DNA of 64,000 nt from positions 1,877 through 65,876 of the forward strand of contig JACPHB010000006.1 in NCBI GenBank assembly GCA_016188835.1, written 5' to 3'. Source of the DNA: Parcubacteria group bacterium (lineage in GTDB: Bacteria; Patescibacteriota; Minisyncoccia; UBA10092). Positions 44,585 to 53,994 of the stretch are shown here, one piece after another (within the stretch, counting starts at the first letter, position 1; the number at the start of each line of letters is the position of its first letter). The notes beneath the pieces were generated by a model that had not been told where the DNA came from, did no database searches, and was given only the letters and a program-made list of their open reading frames with translations. Both the position numbers and the translations under genes were made by a program.

Positions 44585-47500
44585 ATGGAATTATTTTCTC
44601 CGAAAACTGAAGAAAAGATTTTGGATTTTTGGCAAAAAAATCAAATTTTTGAGAAATTAAGACAAAAAATCAGAGGCCAAAAACACTGGTCTTTTTTGGA
44701 TGGGCCGATTACCGCTAACAATCCCATGGGCGTTCATCACGCGTGGGGCCGGACTTATAAAGACCTATTTCAGAGATATAAAGCGATGAGAGGGTTTGAC
44801 CAGAGATTTCAAAACGGTTTTGACGCTCAAGGTCTTTGGGTGGAAGTAGAGGTGGAAAAAGAACTGGGTTTTAAATCCAAAAAAGACATTGAGAAGTATG
44901 GAATTGCCAAATTTGTTGAAAAATGCAAAGAGCGCGTAAGAAAATATTCCGAAATCCAAACGAATCAATCGATCAGATTAGGCCAATGGATGGACTGGAA
45001 AAACAGTTATTACACGATGTCTAATGAAAATAATATCGCCATCTGGCACTTTCTAAAAAAATGCCGGGAAAAAGGATTGCTTTATAAAGGACACGATGTT
45101 GTCCCCTGGTGTTGGCGTTGCGGTACGGCTATTTCCCAACATGAAATATTAACCGAAGATTACAAAGAAGTTACCCACGACTCGGTTTATATAGAATATC
45201 CCATTGTTGGAAACCGAGCTTCAAACATTTTCAATAAAAAAAATACCTATCTTTTAGTTTGGACCACAACTCCTTGGACTCTTCTCGGCAATGCGGCGAT
45301 AGCTATTGACCCAGAAAAGATTTATGCGGAAGCGACGGGGGAAATTAAAGGCAATTCGTATTATCTTATAAAAACTGCGGCGGAAAAATTAAACCTCAAA
45401 ATTATCAGAACGTTTAAGGGAAAGGAGTTAGTCGGTTTAATTTATAAATCGCCGTTTGATAATTTGCCGACTGTTAAAAAAACTTTATCAGGGTTTGTCC
45501 ATAAAGTTGTTGCTACTGATTCTCGCATTTTACCGGTTAGCGAGGAAGAAGGAACAGGGTTAGTTCATATAGCGCCCGGCCAAGGTGTTGAAGATTATCG
45601 ATTGGCCAAAAAATTAAAAATTCCTGCGGTTAATTTAATTGACGATGCGGCAGTTTACTTAAAAGACCTTGGACAATTCAGCGGCAAAAATGCGAAAGAA
45701 CATCCGGAAATAATTATCAATTATTTAAAAACTGCGGATTTTCTTTTTGACGCTCCAAAATATACCCACCGCTATCCCATCTGTTGGAGGTGTAAAACCG
45801 AGTTGGTATGGAAAATTGCCGACGAGTGGTATATATCAATGGATAAATTGAGGAAGCCATTAATGGAAATAGCCAAAAAAATAAAATGGATTCCTTCTTT
45901 TGGTTTAGGAAGAGAGATCGATTGGCTGAAAAATATGTCCGACTGGCTGATTTCAAAGAAAAGATATTGGGGGCTGGCGCTGCCTATTTTTGAGTGCCGA
46001 TGCGGGAACTTTGAAGTTGTCGGTTCACTTGCCGATTTTGACAAATATTCACTAAGAAAACCAAATCATTACATATTATTGCGCCACGGCGAAGCGGAAA
46101 ACAACCGTCTTAAAATCACCTCTTCTTATCCAGAGAAGGAAAAATACCCCTTAACAATAAAAGGTATTGGAGAAATTGAAAAACTTATTCCATGGTTTAA
46201 GAAAAAAAGAGTTGATTTGGTATTTTCTTCCGATATTTTACGGGCGCGGGAAACCGCTCAAATTATTGCCGGCGCTTTGGGGAAAACCGTAACTTATGAA
46301 AAGCGGCTTCGCGAGCATAACTTTGGCGATTACAACGGGCGTACTCATAAAGAATGGCATTCGCTTTTTGGCAGTAATAAAACGAATCAGTATGCAACTA
46401 AACCGCTGGGCGGCGAAAATCTGAAAGACGTTCAAAAAAGAATGACCAGTTTTCTCAAGGAATTGGATAAAAAATACGAAGGCAAAACAATTTTAATTGT
46501 AAGCCATGCCAATCCAATAGTGGCGGCCGCCAGCGCCTATAATGGTTACAAAAATGAAGAAACATTTGAAAAATTTAATATTGACGAAACTACCGGTTCT
46601 GTCGTTGAAATATATGGCCATAACTGGCCATATAATAATGACGGCGATTTGGATTTGCACCGGCCCTACGTTGATGAAATCAGAATCAAATGTTCTAAAT
46701 GTGGCAAAATGGTCTCTCGTGTTTTAGATGTCGGCAATCCTTGGCTAGATGCCGGAATTGTGCCTTATTCAACCATAGGATACTTTGAGGAGCACGTAAA
46801 ACTGCCTGACGGCAGTAACGTGCCAGGTAAAAAATTTTGGCGCAAGTGGTTTCCCGCCGAGCTTGTTTGTGAGTCATTTCCCGGCCAGTTTAAAAATTGG
46901 TTTTATTCTTTGATTGTAATGAGCGCGGTTTTAGAAAAAGTTCCGCCAATGAAAACGGTTTTTGGTTATGCTTCGGTTCGAGACGACAAAGGTGAAGAGA
47001 TGCACAAATCAAAGGGGAATGCCATTTGGTTTGACGAAGCGGCGGAAAAAATAGGAGTTGACGTGATGCGCTGGATGTATGTTAAACAGAATCCGGCCGA
47101 TAATTTAAAATTCGGATATGCGCCGGCTAAAGAGCACGAAAGAAAACTAATGAATCTTTGGAACAGTTTCACTTTTTTTAAAACTTATGCTTCGCATAAA
47201 CCAAGCTCCAAGCTCTCCTTCGACAAGCTCAGGATCCCGAGCGGCGTCGAGGGACAAGCTCCAAGCTCTTTATTAGACCAGTGGATTTTGTCGCGTCTTA
47301 ATAATCTTATAGAAAAAGTCACCAAAGATTTGGATAAATATGATTCTGCTTCTGCCAGTAGAGCGATTGAAGAGTTTTTTATAGAAGATCTTTCTTTGTG
47401 GCATATCCGCCGTTCGCGGGTAAGGTTTCAAATGCCGAAATCAGAAAAAGAAAAACAAGAAGCTGTCGAAATGCTTTATCTGGTATTATTTAGTTTATCA

Positions 47501-48163
47501 AAACTTATTGCTCCATTTCTGCCGTTTTTATCTGAGGAAATTTACTTATACTTAACCCGCTTCGCTAAAGCTCCAGCGAGGCGAGAAGACAAAACAATGC
47601 CGGATTCGGTGCATCTCTGCGACTGGCCGAAATCCGACAAAAAATTTATCAATCAGAAATTGGAAGAACAAATGGATTTAGTTAGGGAGATGGCCGCCAA
47701 AGGGTTGGCGCTTCGAGCGGAGGCGGGAATTAAAGTGAGGCAACCGCTCGCTTCGCTCCAATTTCCAATTTCTAATTTTAAATTTTCAAAAAATAAAGAA
47801 CTTTTGGAGTTGATTAAAGACGAGGTAAACGTGAAAAAAATTATTTTTGGCAATAAGTTTAAATTGGACGCAAAAATCACACCAGAATTAAAAGAAGAGG
47901 GAATTATAAGGGATTTGGCGCGGCAAATTCAGGAAATGAGGCGTGACGGGGGATTGGTGCCGAAAGATTTTATAAAAATTTATTTTAAAATTAACGATGT
48001 CGAATTGGAAAACACTGTTAAAAAACGGCAAAAAAATCTCATGATTAACGTAGGCGCAAAAACCATTGAACTTATTGACGTCGCAAAAGAAGGTCTTTTA
48101 ATCGACCGGCACTTTGAACGCGGCGGGGAAGATGTGTGGATAGGATTTGAAAAAATAAAATGA
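44585..48163 (+). CDS. ileS: isoleucyl-tRNA synthetase (type 2) with an inserted histidine-phosphatase (PGAM-like) domain of about 200 aa between the Zn-ribbon and the LHRPYVD motif
   Basis: HIGH-type P..HHAWG, CP1 editing TTTPWTL, KMSKS as EMHKSKGN; the insert about 46050-46650 has the RHG catalytic motif LLRHGEAENN and SHANPIV (histidine phosphatase branch 1). Confidence 0.9.
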   Translation: MELFSPKTEEKILDFWQKNQIFEKLRQKIRGQKHWSFLDGPITANNPMGVHHAWGRTYKDLFQRYKAMRGFDQRFQNGFDAQGLWVEVEVEKELGFKSKKDIEKYGIAKFVEKCKERVRKYSEIQTNQSIRLGQWMDWKNSYYTMSNENNIAIWHFLKKCREKGLLYKGHDVVPWCWRCGTAISQHEILTEDYKEVTHDSVYIEYPIVGNRASNIFNKKNTYLLVWTTTPWTLLGNAAIAIDPEKIYAEATGEIKGNSYYLIKTAAEKLNLKIIRTFKGKELVGLIYKSPFDNLPTVKKTLSGFVHKVVATDSRILPVSEEEGTGLVHIAPGQGVEDYRLAKKLKIPAVNLIDDAAVYLKDLGQFSGKNAKEHPEIIINYLKTADFLFDAPKYTHRYPICWRCKTELVWKIADEWYISMDKLRKPLMEIAKKIKWIPSFGLGREIDWLKNMSDWLISKKRYWGLALPIFECRCGNFEVVGSLADFDKYSLRKPNHYILLRHGEAENNRLKITSSYPEKEKYPLTIKGIGEIEKLIPWFKKKRVDLVFSSDILRARETAQIIAGALGKTVTYEKRLREHNFGDYNGRTHKEWHSLFGSNKTNQYATKPLGGENLKDVQKRMTSFLKELDKKYEGKTILIVSHANPIVAAASAYNGYKNEETFEKFNIDETTGSVVEIYGHNWPYNNDGDLDLHRPYVDEIRIKCSKCGKMVSRVLDVGNPWLDAGIVPYSTIGYFEEHVKLPDGSNVPGKKFWRKWFPAELVCESFPGQFKNWFYSLIVMSAVLEKVPPMKTVFGYASVRDDKGEEMHKSKGNAIWFDEAAEKIGVDVMRWMYVKQNPADNLKFGYAPAKEHERKLMNLWNSFTFFKTYASHKPSSKLSFDKLRIPSGVEGQAPSSLLDQWILSRLNNLIEKVTKDLDKYDSASASRAIEEFFIEDLSLWHIRRSRVRFQMPKSEKEKQEAVEMLYLVLFSLSKLIAPFLPFLSEEIYLYLTRFAKAPARREDKTMPDSVHLCDWPKSDKKFINQKLEEQMDLVREMAAKGLALRAEAGIKVRQPLASLQFPISNFKFSKNKELLELIKDEVNVKKIIFGNKFKLDAKITPELKEEGIIRDLARQIQEMRRDGGLVPKDFIKIYFKINDVELENTVKKRQKNLMINVGAKTIELIDVAKEGLLIDRHFERGGEDVWIGFEKIK

Positions 48164-48642
48164 ATTATTATCAAACTAAAGCCATAGTTTTGAAAAGAGA
48201 AGACATTTTTGAGGCCGATCGCATTTACAATTTATATACTGAAGAATTTGGAAAAGTTAGGGCGATTGCCGGCAGTGTTCGTAAAATCAATGCCAAACTT
48301 TCCGGACACTTAGAACCGTTTAATATTATTTGGGTTGAACTGGCGACCAAAAAAAACGGCGATTTATTTATTACCACCGCTTTGTCTTTTAAAAAACTTT
48401 TAAGTCATAATATTTTGCCTGCTCAAACCGCTCTTTTTGCCAAAATGGCAGATTTTTCCTGTTTAATGCTAAAAGGTCCGCAAAAAGACGAAATGTTATG
48501 GAGTTATATTTTAGAAAGTTTTGTAAAAGCCAGTATAGTTGGAACGGACACTGATAAATTTTTAGGCGCTTATAAAACCGGCTTCATTAAAATAATGGGA
48601 TTTGGGGATAATTTAGAAGAGGCCTTATGGTATAATTATTGA
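48160..48642 (+). CDS. recO: DNA repair protein RecO (short form, OB-fold N-domain plus helical domain, no zinc finger)
   Basis: KAIVLKREDIFEADRIYNLYTEEFGKVRAIAGSVRKINAKLSGHLEPFN matches the RecO N-terminal domain. Confidence 0.6.
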   Translation: MNYYQTKAIVLKREDIFEADRIYNLYTEEFGKVRAIAGSVRKINAKLSGHLEPFNIIWVELATKKNGDLFITTALSFKKLLSHNILPAQTALFAKMADFSCLMLKGPQKDEMLWSYILESFVKASIVGTDTDKFLGAYKTGFIKIMGFGDNLEEALWYNY

Positions 48643-50429
48643 CAATGATTCAAATTCCAACACCTACGACGTCGCCGAAATTTTCCGGCCCGTCGTTGCC
48701 TCAAGCAGTTCGTTTTTTTAGTCCCCGGCAAAAAAAAATCCTGATTATCGCCAGTATCATTTTTCTTATAGTTGTTATTTTAAGTGGCATCGGTTTTTAT
48801 TTTTGGCTGACCTCGTTTAAAAAATCACGGGTTGATTTTAATATTTCTGGACCGACTCAAGCAGCCAGCGGAGAGCAAATTACCTATCAAATTTCTTATT
48901 GGAATAACACCAATCAAATTCTTCAAAACGCCAATTTAACAGTTCGTTATCCGCAAGAAGCGGTGGTTGCCGGTGGCAAGATTATTCAAAATGTTGATTT
49001 GGGCAATATCGGTATTGGCGGTGGCGGTAAAATCGAAGTTAATTTGGCTTTTGTTGGTTCGGATAAAAGTATCCAGAAACTTCAAGCAGTTTTAAGTTAT
49101 AAACCGCAAAATACCGTCTCAACTTTTGAAAATGAGGCCGTTAAAGAAGTGGCTATAAATGGTTCGGCGTTGACCGTTGATTTTAAAGCGCCGGAAACTG
49201 TTTTGCCGAACATTAGAAATGTTTATATAATCCATTATAAAAACAATACTGAAGAAGTTTTAAAGAACGTTTCAATTGAAGCAAGCTATCCGCAAGATTT
49301 CAATTTTGTGTCTTCGGATCGTGTGCCGGCAAAAAGCAATAATGTTTGGAATTTAGGCGATTTAAATCCCAATGAAGAAGGTAATATCACTGTTTTGGGA
49401 ATTTTAAGAAATACCGAAAGCGCTAACTTCGAATTGGCCATCGGCATTCGGGAAAGTGATAAATTTTTTAAGTTTAGTCGCAGTTCGGCTCAAATCAATT
49501 TAACTGCTTCGCCCATTGCTGTAGACATATCGGTAAATAATCAGTCAAGCATCACTATTAATCCGGGCGATTTTCTGCAATTTAAAATCAGCTACAAAAA
49601 TAATACCAGTATTACCTTGTCCGATATTGTTTTAAAGGCCAAGCTCGACGGTTTAATGTATGATTTTTCTTCCCTTAAGACCAAGGGTTTTTACAATGGT
49701 TCGGATAATGCCATTACTTGGAATGCCGGAAATACGGCAGAATTTAAGAATTTAGAACCAGCCGCTACGGGTGAGGTGGAATTTCAAATCACTGTTAAAC
49801 CGCAATATATTATTAGAACTTTCAGGGACAAGAATTTTTTGCTTCAGGTTTTAGCGACAATGGAAACGCCGACCGTACCGCCATCTTTAGCGGTTAAGTT
49901 GCTTTCGGTTTCAAGCGATTTAGCTTTGAAAGTTAATACTAAAGCGGAACTTAAAACCAAAGGTTATTATTATGATACGGTTATTAAAAATTCCGGGCCT
50001 TTACCGCCGAAGGTGAGTAAAACCACCACTTACACTATTCATTGGCAGGTTGCCAATTATTCTAATGATCTTGATAAAGTTATTGTCAAAACAGTTTTAC
50101 CGGAAGGCGTCAGTTGGCAGAGTAAAAAAGCCGGCGCCGGCGCCGCCACCTTAGAATACAACGATCGAACTAGCGAACTTACCTGGAACATCGGTAAATT
50201 GCCGGCTGGAACCGGACTACTGCTTGATCCGTATGAAGTGATTTTTCAAGTGGCTTTAACGCCTTCAATAAAAAATGTAAACACTATTATGCCGGTTATA
50301 AGCGATTCAAATTTAACCGCCGAGGACATTTTTACCGGTATCGGTGTCACAGCATCAGCGCCGGCGCTAAAAACCGATATGCCGGACGACCTCGGTGTCG
50401 GTTTTACTAAAAGCCGCATCCAACCTTGA
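48639..50429 (+). CDS. large membrane-anchored surface protein with repeated beta-rich (DUF11-like) domains, hypothetical
   Basis: N-terminal TM; N/T/S-rich repetitive beta pattern. Confidence 0.45.
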   Translation: MTMIQIPTPTTSPKFSGPSLPQAVRFFSPRQKKILIIASIIFLIVVILSGIGFYFWLTSFKKSRVDFNISGPTQAASGEQITYQISYWNNTNQILQNANLTVRYPQEAVVAGGKIIQNVDLGNIGIGGGGKIEVNLAFVGSDKSIQKLQAVLSYKPQNTVSTFENEAVKEVAINGSALTVDFKAPETVLPNIRNVYIIHYKNNTEEVLKNVSIEASYPQDFNFVSSDRVPAKSNNVWNLGDLNPNEEGNITVLGILRNTESANFELAIGIRESDKFFKFSRSSAQINLTASPIAVDISVNNQSSITINPGDFLQFKISYKNNTSITLSDIVLKAKLDGLMYDFSSLKTKGFYNGSDNAITWNAGNTAEFKNLEPAATGEVEFQITVKPQYIIRTFRDKNFLLQVLATMETPTVPPSLAVKLLSVSSDLALKVNTKAELKTKGYYYDTVIKNSGPLPPKVSKTTTYTIHWQVANYSNDLDKVIVKTVLPEGVSWQSKKAGAGAATLEYNDRTSELTWNIGKLPAGTGLLLDPYEVIFQVALTPSIKNVNTIMPVISDSNLTAEDIFTGIGVTASAPALKTDMPDDLGVGFTKSRIQP

Positions 50430-50667
50430 TTGGTTTTCATTTTATAATTTATAAAAATTTTATAAATTATAAAATGATAATAAAAAATGATGTCAAAATT
50501 TATTTCATCCTCAATTCCTTGCTATAGTTAGGAATTGAGGATATTACTATATTAGTAATACATTAACGATGAAAATATGATTATTGACAAAAACACGCCC
50601 ATTATTTAATGTATAGAGAAGATAGCATTGTACTTTTATAGTATTATCCAAGGCAAGGAGGGCTATA

Positions 50668-51150
50668 ATGTTGAAATCGGTTCTTTTGGGTTTTACTGCT
50701 TTGCTTCTCGTTGTTAGTGTTCAATTGTCAGCAGTTTCTGCAAATCAATGTGTTCCTTTGTCTGATGGCGCTGTGCCAGATGAATCAAGTGCGGGTTGGA
50801 AAGAACGCGGGTTTTCGCGGGCCGATCTTGTGATTGATGTGGAAACGAAAAGTGGAGAGCGCGTAGTTGTTGGCAATCGAAAATATTATATCCACGACAA
50901 CGGAATGAAGCTTGGAGTTTATTCATATTTTGGTAAAGTAGGATTTAAGGCCTGGTCGTGCGACAAAAATCGCGATCCGGTTACGCGCGATGCTCAAGAT
51001 CATATGATTGCTGTATCGCAGTCAGATGGTAGTTGGCTAATCCGTCACGCCCAAAGTCCTGATGTAGAGGTAGCCTTCGGTGCTGACGGAAAGCCCATGG
51101 GTGTTACGATTACACTCAACGGGATTGAAACGTGGTTCAGTAATCAGTAA
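50668..51150 (+). CDS. secreted hypothetical protein (signal peptide), relatively GC-rich
   Basis: RBS aaggaggg 7 nt upstream; signal peptide ...SAVSA; about 48% GC against AT-rich flanks. Confidence 0.55.
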   Translation: MLKSVLLGFTALLLVVSVQLSAVSANQCVPLSDGAVPDESSAGWKERGFSRADLVIDVETKSGERVVVGNRKYYIHDNGMKLGVYSYFGKVGFKAWSCDKNRDPVTRDAQDHMIAVSQSDGSWLIRHAQSPDVEVAFGADGKPMGVTITLNGIETWFSNQ

Positions 51151-51165
51151 ATGGATATTGTTTGA

Positions 51166-51205
51166 TAAATAACCCTTATGAGGCTGGAAATCCCAGCCTA
51201 TTTTT
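51166..51205 (+). terminator. rho-independent terminator (aggctggg-aaat-cccagcct then T9)
   Basis: Perfect 8-bp stem followed by a T-run. Confidence 0.65.
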
Positions 51206-51246
51206 TTTGTTTATTGGTTAGAAATATGTTATTCTAACTTTTAGTT

Positions 51247-52599
51247 ATGGCGCAAACAAAAGATAAAAAAGAAAATTTAATGGAAAAAATTGTGTCGCTT
51301 TGTAAAAGGCGGGGGTTTATTTTTCCCGGCAGTGAAATTTACGGCGGTCTCTCCGGCACTTGGGATTATGGCCCGGTGGGCGCGCTTTTTAAAAAAAATA
51401 TTAAAGATTTGTGGTGGCGCGACACGGTTCAGTTGCGGGACGATGTTGTTGGCGTTGATGCGGCAATCATGATGAATCCGAAAGCTTGGGAGGCATCGGG
51501 TCATACCGAGGCTTTTAGCGATCCACTTGTGGAATGTAAAATTTGTCATGAAAGATTTCGCGCCGATAAGGAAATGGAAATTAAAAATCACGAAAAAACT
51601 CATAATAAAACAATAGAATGGACCAAATCAAAGAAATTTAATTTACTAGTTAAAGCTTACCTCGGTGTTTTAGAAGGCGAGGAGTCCCAAATTTATCTTC
51701 GCGGTGAAATAACTAATGGCGTTTCTGTAAATTTTAAAAACATCATTAATTCAACTCGGGTAAAAATTCCTTTCGGCGTCGCTCAAATCGGCAAGGCATT
51801 CAGAAATGAAATCACGCCGGGCAATTTTACTTTCCGATCGCGCGAATTTGAACAAATGGAAGTCCAATTTTACATTAAGCCCGAAGAAAAAGAAGGAAAA
51901 AAATGGTTTGACTACTGGAAAAAAAACCGGATGGATTGGTATCTTTCTTTGGGCATAAAAAAAGAAAACCTAAGATTCAGAGATCATGCCTTAAATGAGC
52001 GGGCTCATTATGCCCGAATGGCAACCGATATTGAATATAAAAGTCCTTGGGGCTGGCAGGAGTTTATGGGCATTCATCACCGGGGCGACTGGGATTTGAA
52101 AAGGCACCAGCAATTTTCTGGCGAAGACATGTCTTTTAGCGACCCCCAAACCGGTGAAAAATATTTGCTGTGGGATATAGAAACTTCTGCTGGAGTTGAC
52201 CGCTCGATCCTTTTTTTATTAATTGACGCTTATCGGGAGGAGGGCGGCAGAGTTTATCTTAAACTTCATCCGGCGCTTTCGCCCTATAAAGCGGCGGTTT
52301 TTCCGCTTTTAGCCAACAAGCCCGAACTTGTAAAATTGGCGAGAAAAATTTATGATGATTTGCGGCCGCAATTTATGACGGCTTGGGATGATCGTGGCAA
52401 CATCGGCAAGCGTTACTACAGCCAGGACGAATTGGGGACGCCGTTTTGCGTTACGGTTGATTTTGACTCCCTTGAAGACAAAAAAGTTACGGTTCGCGAC
52501 AGAGACACGATGAAACAGGAAAGAATCTCAATTTTAAAATTAGCGGAATATTTAAAAAATAAATTAAATGAAGATGAAAATAAAATTTTAAAATTGTAG
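51247..52599 (+). CDS. glyQS: glycyl-tRNA synthetase (alpha2 dimeric type)
   Basis: RRGFIFPGSEIYGGLSGTWDYGPVG N-terminus; class II motifs. Confidence 0.9.
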   Translation: MAQTKDKKENLMEKIVSLCKRRGFIFPGSEIYGGLSGTWDYGPVGALFKKNIKDLWWRDTVQLRDDVVGVDAAIMMNPKAWEASGHTEAFSDPLVECKICHERFRADKEMEIKNHEKTHNKTIEWTKSKKFNLLVKAYLGVLEGEESQIYLRGEITNGVSVNFKNIINSTRVKIPFGVAQIGKAFRNEITPGNFTFRSREFEQMEVQFYIKPEEKEGKKWFDYWKKNRMDWYLSLGIKKENLRFRDHALNERAHYARMATDIEYKSPWGWQEFMGIHHRGDWDLKRHQQFSGEDMSFSDPQTGEKYLLWDIETSAGVDRSILFLLIDAYREEGGRVYLKLHPALSPYKAAVFPLLANKPELVKLARKIYDDLRPQFMTAWDDRGNIGKRYYSQDELGTPFCVTVDFDSLEDKKVTVRDRDTMKQERISILKLAEYLKNKLNEDENKILKL

Positions 52600-52663
52600 G
52601 CGGGGTCGTGCCGTTCGCCGAAGGCGAATGGGGCTACGACAATTTTTAAATTTTATTTTCATC
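52573..52663. terminator. long palindromic terminator-like element, copy 3: the left arm is the last 8 codons of glyQS (gatgaaaataaaattttaaaattgt), the right arm is its inverted copy, around the same GC core
   Basis: Inverted repeat with one indel; core identical to copy 2. Confidence 0.65.
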
Positions 52664-52680
52664 TGAATTCGAACAAATCA

Positions 52681-53946
52681 ATGTACAAAAAAACCACATT
52701 ATCTAATGGCTTAAGAATTATTACTGTGCCGATGACCGATACCAAAACGGTTACAATTTTAGTGCTTGTGGCGACCGGTTCAAAATACGAAACCAAAGAA
52801 ATAAACGGAATTTCTCATTTTTTAGAGCATATGACTTTTAAAGGCACCGACAAGCGACCAACGCCCTTGGCCATTGTTGAACCTCTTGACAGGATTGGCA
52901 GCCAGTATAATGCGTTTACCGGACAGGAATATACTGGATACTACGCCAAAGCCAATGGCCGCCACTTAGATTTATTGCTCGACATTGTGTCCGATATTAC
53001 TTTGAATCCAAAGTTCAAACAGGAGGAAATCAATAAAGAAAGAGGAGTAATTATTGAAGAGATAAATATGTATGAAGACAATCCGGCTAGAAAACTTGGC
53101 GATATTTGGACGGATCTTTTATATGGCGATCAGCCGGCCGGTTGGGATACAGCAGGCAAAAAAGAGATTATTGCTAAACTAATGCGCGATGACTTTATAC
53201 GGTATCACAGCGATCATTACGTCGCGTCTAAAACTGTCGTGGTTGTTTCGGGGAATATTGAAAATGACAATATTGCTAGTAAAATAAAAAAACTTTTTAA
53301 GTCAATTAGTGACGCTAAAGGAAAAGAAAAAGTTCCGGTCAAAGAATTCCAAAAAAAGCCCGAAATTAAAGTTTTTTATAAAAAAACTGATCAAACCCAT
53401 ATTGCACTGGGAGTAAGATCTTACAATATTTTTGATAAGCGACGCTACGCGGCCGATGTTTTAGCAACGATTTTGGGCGGTGGCATGTCTTCGCGCCTAT
53501 TCCAATTGCTTCGAGACAAAATGGGCGCGGCTTATTACGTAAGAACGTTTTCCGACGAGTCAACTGATACAGGTAATCTGGCTACGTGGGCTGGAATAGA
53601 CAATCGGCGGACGGAAGAAATTATTAGAGCAATTCTTAAAGAATACAAAAAAATTAAGAGCGTTAAGGTGAGTTCGGCGGAACTGACTAAAGCGAAAGAA
53701 CACTTGGAAGGCAGTTTGATTTTAGGAATTGAAACATCCGACGAACTTGCCAGTTTTTACGGTTTTCAGGAAATTTTAAAAAGAGAAATTTTAAAACCGG
53801 AAGAGGTAATAAAAAAAATCAGAGCTGTTACCATTGATGATGTTTTAGCGATAGCTCAAAATGTTTTCAAGTCCGAAAAATTAAACCTGGCCATTATCGG
53901 TCCATATAAAGAAAAAAAACAATTTGAAAATTTACTAAGAATATAA
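52681..53946 (+). CDS. M16 family (insulinase-like) zinc peptidase
   Basis: Inverted zincin motif HFLEHMTFKGT; 421 aa. Confidence 0.8.
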   Translation: MYKKTTLSNGLRIITVPMTDTKTVTILVLVATGSKYETKEINGISHFLEHMTFKGTDKRPTPLAIVEPLDRIGSQYNAFTGQEYTGYYAKANGRHLDLLLDIVSDITLNPKFKQEEINKERGVIIEEINMYEDNPARKLGDIWTDLLYGDQPAGWDTAGKKEIIAKLMRDDFIRYHSDHYVASKTVVVVSGNIENDNIASKIKKLFKSISDAKGKEKVPVKEFQKKPEIKVFYKKTDQTHIALGVRSYNIFDKRRYAADVLATILGGGMSSRLFQLLRDKMGAAYYVRTFSDESTDTGNLATWAGIDNRRTEEIIRAILKEYKKIKSVKVSSAELTKAKEHLEGSLILGIETSDELASFYGFQEILKREILKPEEVIKKIRAVTIDDVLAIAQNVFKSEKLNLAIIGPYKEKKQFENLLRI

Positions 53947-53994
53947 TATAATAATAAAGAGAATAAAATTTAAAATAATTTCATTCTCTTTATT

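Noticed and set aside
46050-46650. Intein in ileS
   Set aside because: The insert shows histidine-phosphatase motifs (RHGE, SHANP). It has no intein blocks, neither the C/S...HN splice junctions nor LAGLIDADG.
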